DNA of 64,000 nucleotides from the human T2T-CHM13v2.0 reference genome, Homo sapiens, in the NCBI RefSeq assembly GCF_009914755.1, contig NC_060927.1; one strand, 5' to 3'. The position numbers and the translations under genes are program-made. The notes below the pieces were generated by a model. The model searched no databases. It saw nothing but the letters and a program-made list of their open reading frames with translations, and had not been told where the DNA came from. Positions 62,701-64,000 of this stretch are shown piece by piece. Each line of letters starts with the position of its first letter. The first letter of the stretch is position 1.

Positions 62701-64000
62701 TCAAAGTACACCAGATATATATTCTATAGTGTACATAAAATAACAAAGTACACAAACTATAAATTATATACTGTACATAAAATATGAAATTACATCAAAT
62801 ATATATTAGGTACATAAAATATGAAAGTACATCAAATATAGATTATATACTGTACATATAATATCAATGTACCCGAAATATATATTTTATACTCTACATG
62901 AAATATCAAAGTTCACAAACCATATATTGTATACTGCACATAAAATATCAAAATACCCAAGGTATATACTCTATACTGTACAAAAAATATCAAAGTACCC
63001 AAAGCATGTATTATATACTGTACATAAAATATGAAAGTACATCAAATATATATTTTATTCTGTATATAAAATATCAAAGTACACCACATATATATTCTAT
63101 AGTGTACATAAAATATCAAAGTACCCAAACTATATATTATATACAGTACATAAAATATGAAATTACATCAAATATGTATTATATTAGGTACATAAAATAT
63201 GAAAGTACATCAAATATAGATTATATACCGTACATAAAATATCAAAGTACCCCAAATATATATTATATACTATACATGAAATATCAAATATCACAAACTA
63301 TATATTATATACTGTACATAAAATATCAAAGTACCCAATGTATATATTCTATAGTGTACAAAAAATATCAAAGTACCCAAAGCATGTACTATATACTGTA
63401 CATAAAATATAAAAGTACATCAAATATATATTTTATTCTGTACATAAAATATGAAAGTACACCAGATATATATTCTATAGTGTACATAAAATATCAAAGT
63501 ACCCAAACTATACATTATATACTGTACATAAAATATGAAATTACATCAAATATATATTATATTAGGTACTTAAAATATGAAAGTACATCAAATATAGATT
63601 ATATACTGTACATAAAATATCAAAGTACCACAAATATATATTATATACTGTACATGAAATATCAAAGTTCACAACTATATATTATATACTGTACATAAAA
63701 TATCAAAGTCCCCAAGGTATATATTCTATACTGTACAAAAAATATCAAAGTACACAAAGCATGTATTATATACTGTACATAAAATATGAAATTACATCAA
63801 ATATATATTATATTAGGTACATAAAATATGAAAGTACATCAAATATAGATTATATACTGTACATAAAATATCAAAGTACCCGAAATATATATTATATACT
63901 GTACATGTAATATCAAAGTTCACAACTATATATTACATACTGTACATAAAATATCAAAGTACCCGAGGTATATATTCTATACTGTACAAAAAATATCAAA
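59740..64000 (+). repeat. Third partial copy of the 34.4-39.4 kb / 44.5-49.5 kb block, lacking 751 bp
   Basis: Offset of 25,359 (34741/60100, 35492/60851), then 24,608 (37754/62362, 38290/62898). The difference is 751 = 378+373. Confidence 0.85.

Larger units (their letters stand above)
1..64000 (+). repeat. Human satellite 1A (HSat1A / SAR, classical satellite I) tandem array of 42-bp monomers, about 1,520 copies, running off both window ends
   Basis: Continuous head-to-tail 42-bp units ACATAAAATAT(C/G)AAAGT + AC(C/A)(C/T)(A/C)AA..ATATATTATATACTGT. Up to two GTAC (RsaI) sites per unit give the 17+25-bp pattern characteristic of human satellite I. Very AT-rich with few CpGs. The family call is from recognition of the consensus, not a database search. 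Confidence 0.95.

Noticed and set aside
207-63698. More than 100 ORFs of 67-504 aa (MKYQSSQTIYYILYIKYQST...) as protein-coding genes
   Set aside because: They are translations of the 42-bp satellite. Starts and stops follow repeat variants and indels, there is no unique domain, and frameshifts are freely amplified.
1-64000. CRISPR array or other repeat-spacer system
   Set aside because: The variable parts between conserved GTACATAAAATAT motifs are homologous to one another and cycle every nine units. There are no unique spacers, leader or cas genes.
1-64000. Inversion, transposon insertion or unique island inside the array
   Set aside because: None seen. The sequence reads as same-orientation monomers throughout, and gaps in the ORF track correspond to stop or indel variants.
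1-64000. TATA boxes, promoters, terminators or cruciforms from TATATA / TGTACA palindromes
   Set aside because: These short motifs are inevitable in this AT-rich monomer. There are no long perfect inverted repeats or other supporting context.
1-64000. Alpha satellite, HSat2/3 or HSat1B identity, or assignment to a specific chromosome
   Set aside because: There is no 171-bp period or CENP-B box, no CATTC repeats, and no Alu-containing 2.4-kb unit. Chromosome assignment needs alignment to a complete assembly.

Overview
The whole 64-kb window is one uninterrupted, single-orientation, extremely AT-rich tandem satellite array. The monomer is 42 bp (consensus ACATAAAATATCAAAGT-ACCCAAACTATATATTATATACTGT, a 17-bp plus 25-bp pair delimited by GTAC), and monomers are organised in a 378-bp 9-monomer higher-order unit. 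This matches human satellite 1A (HSat1A / SAR / classical satellite I). The window holds about 1,520 monomers, or about 170 higher-order units. I see no credible protein-coding gene, RNA gene, transposon insertion, inversion or CRISPR array. The many ORFs are artefacts of a 42-bp (14-codon) unit with one stop-free frame. The real structure lies at higher scales: tandem super-repeats of 536, 1,129, 3,754 and 10,157 bp, dispersed block copies, and 6-, 8-, 13- and 14-monomer variant units. Two speculative RNA-level features are also visible: a very dense array of Pumilio-response-element matches on the + strand, and a poly(A)-signal layout on the - strand once per 378 bp. Block boundaries were placed by eye from diagnostic variants and ORF offsets and are approximate. 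The chromosome of origin cannot be assigned from this window.
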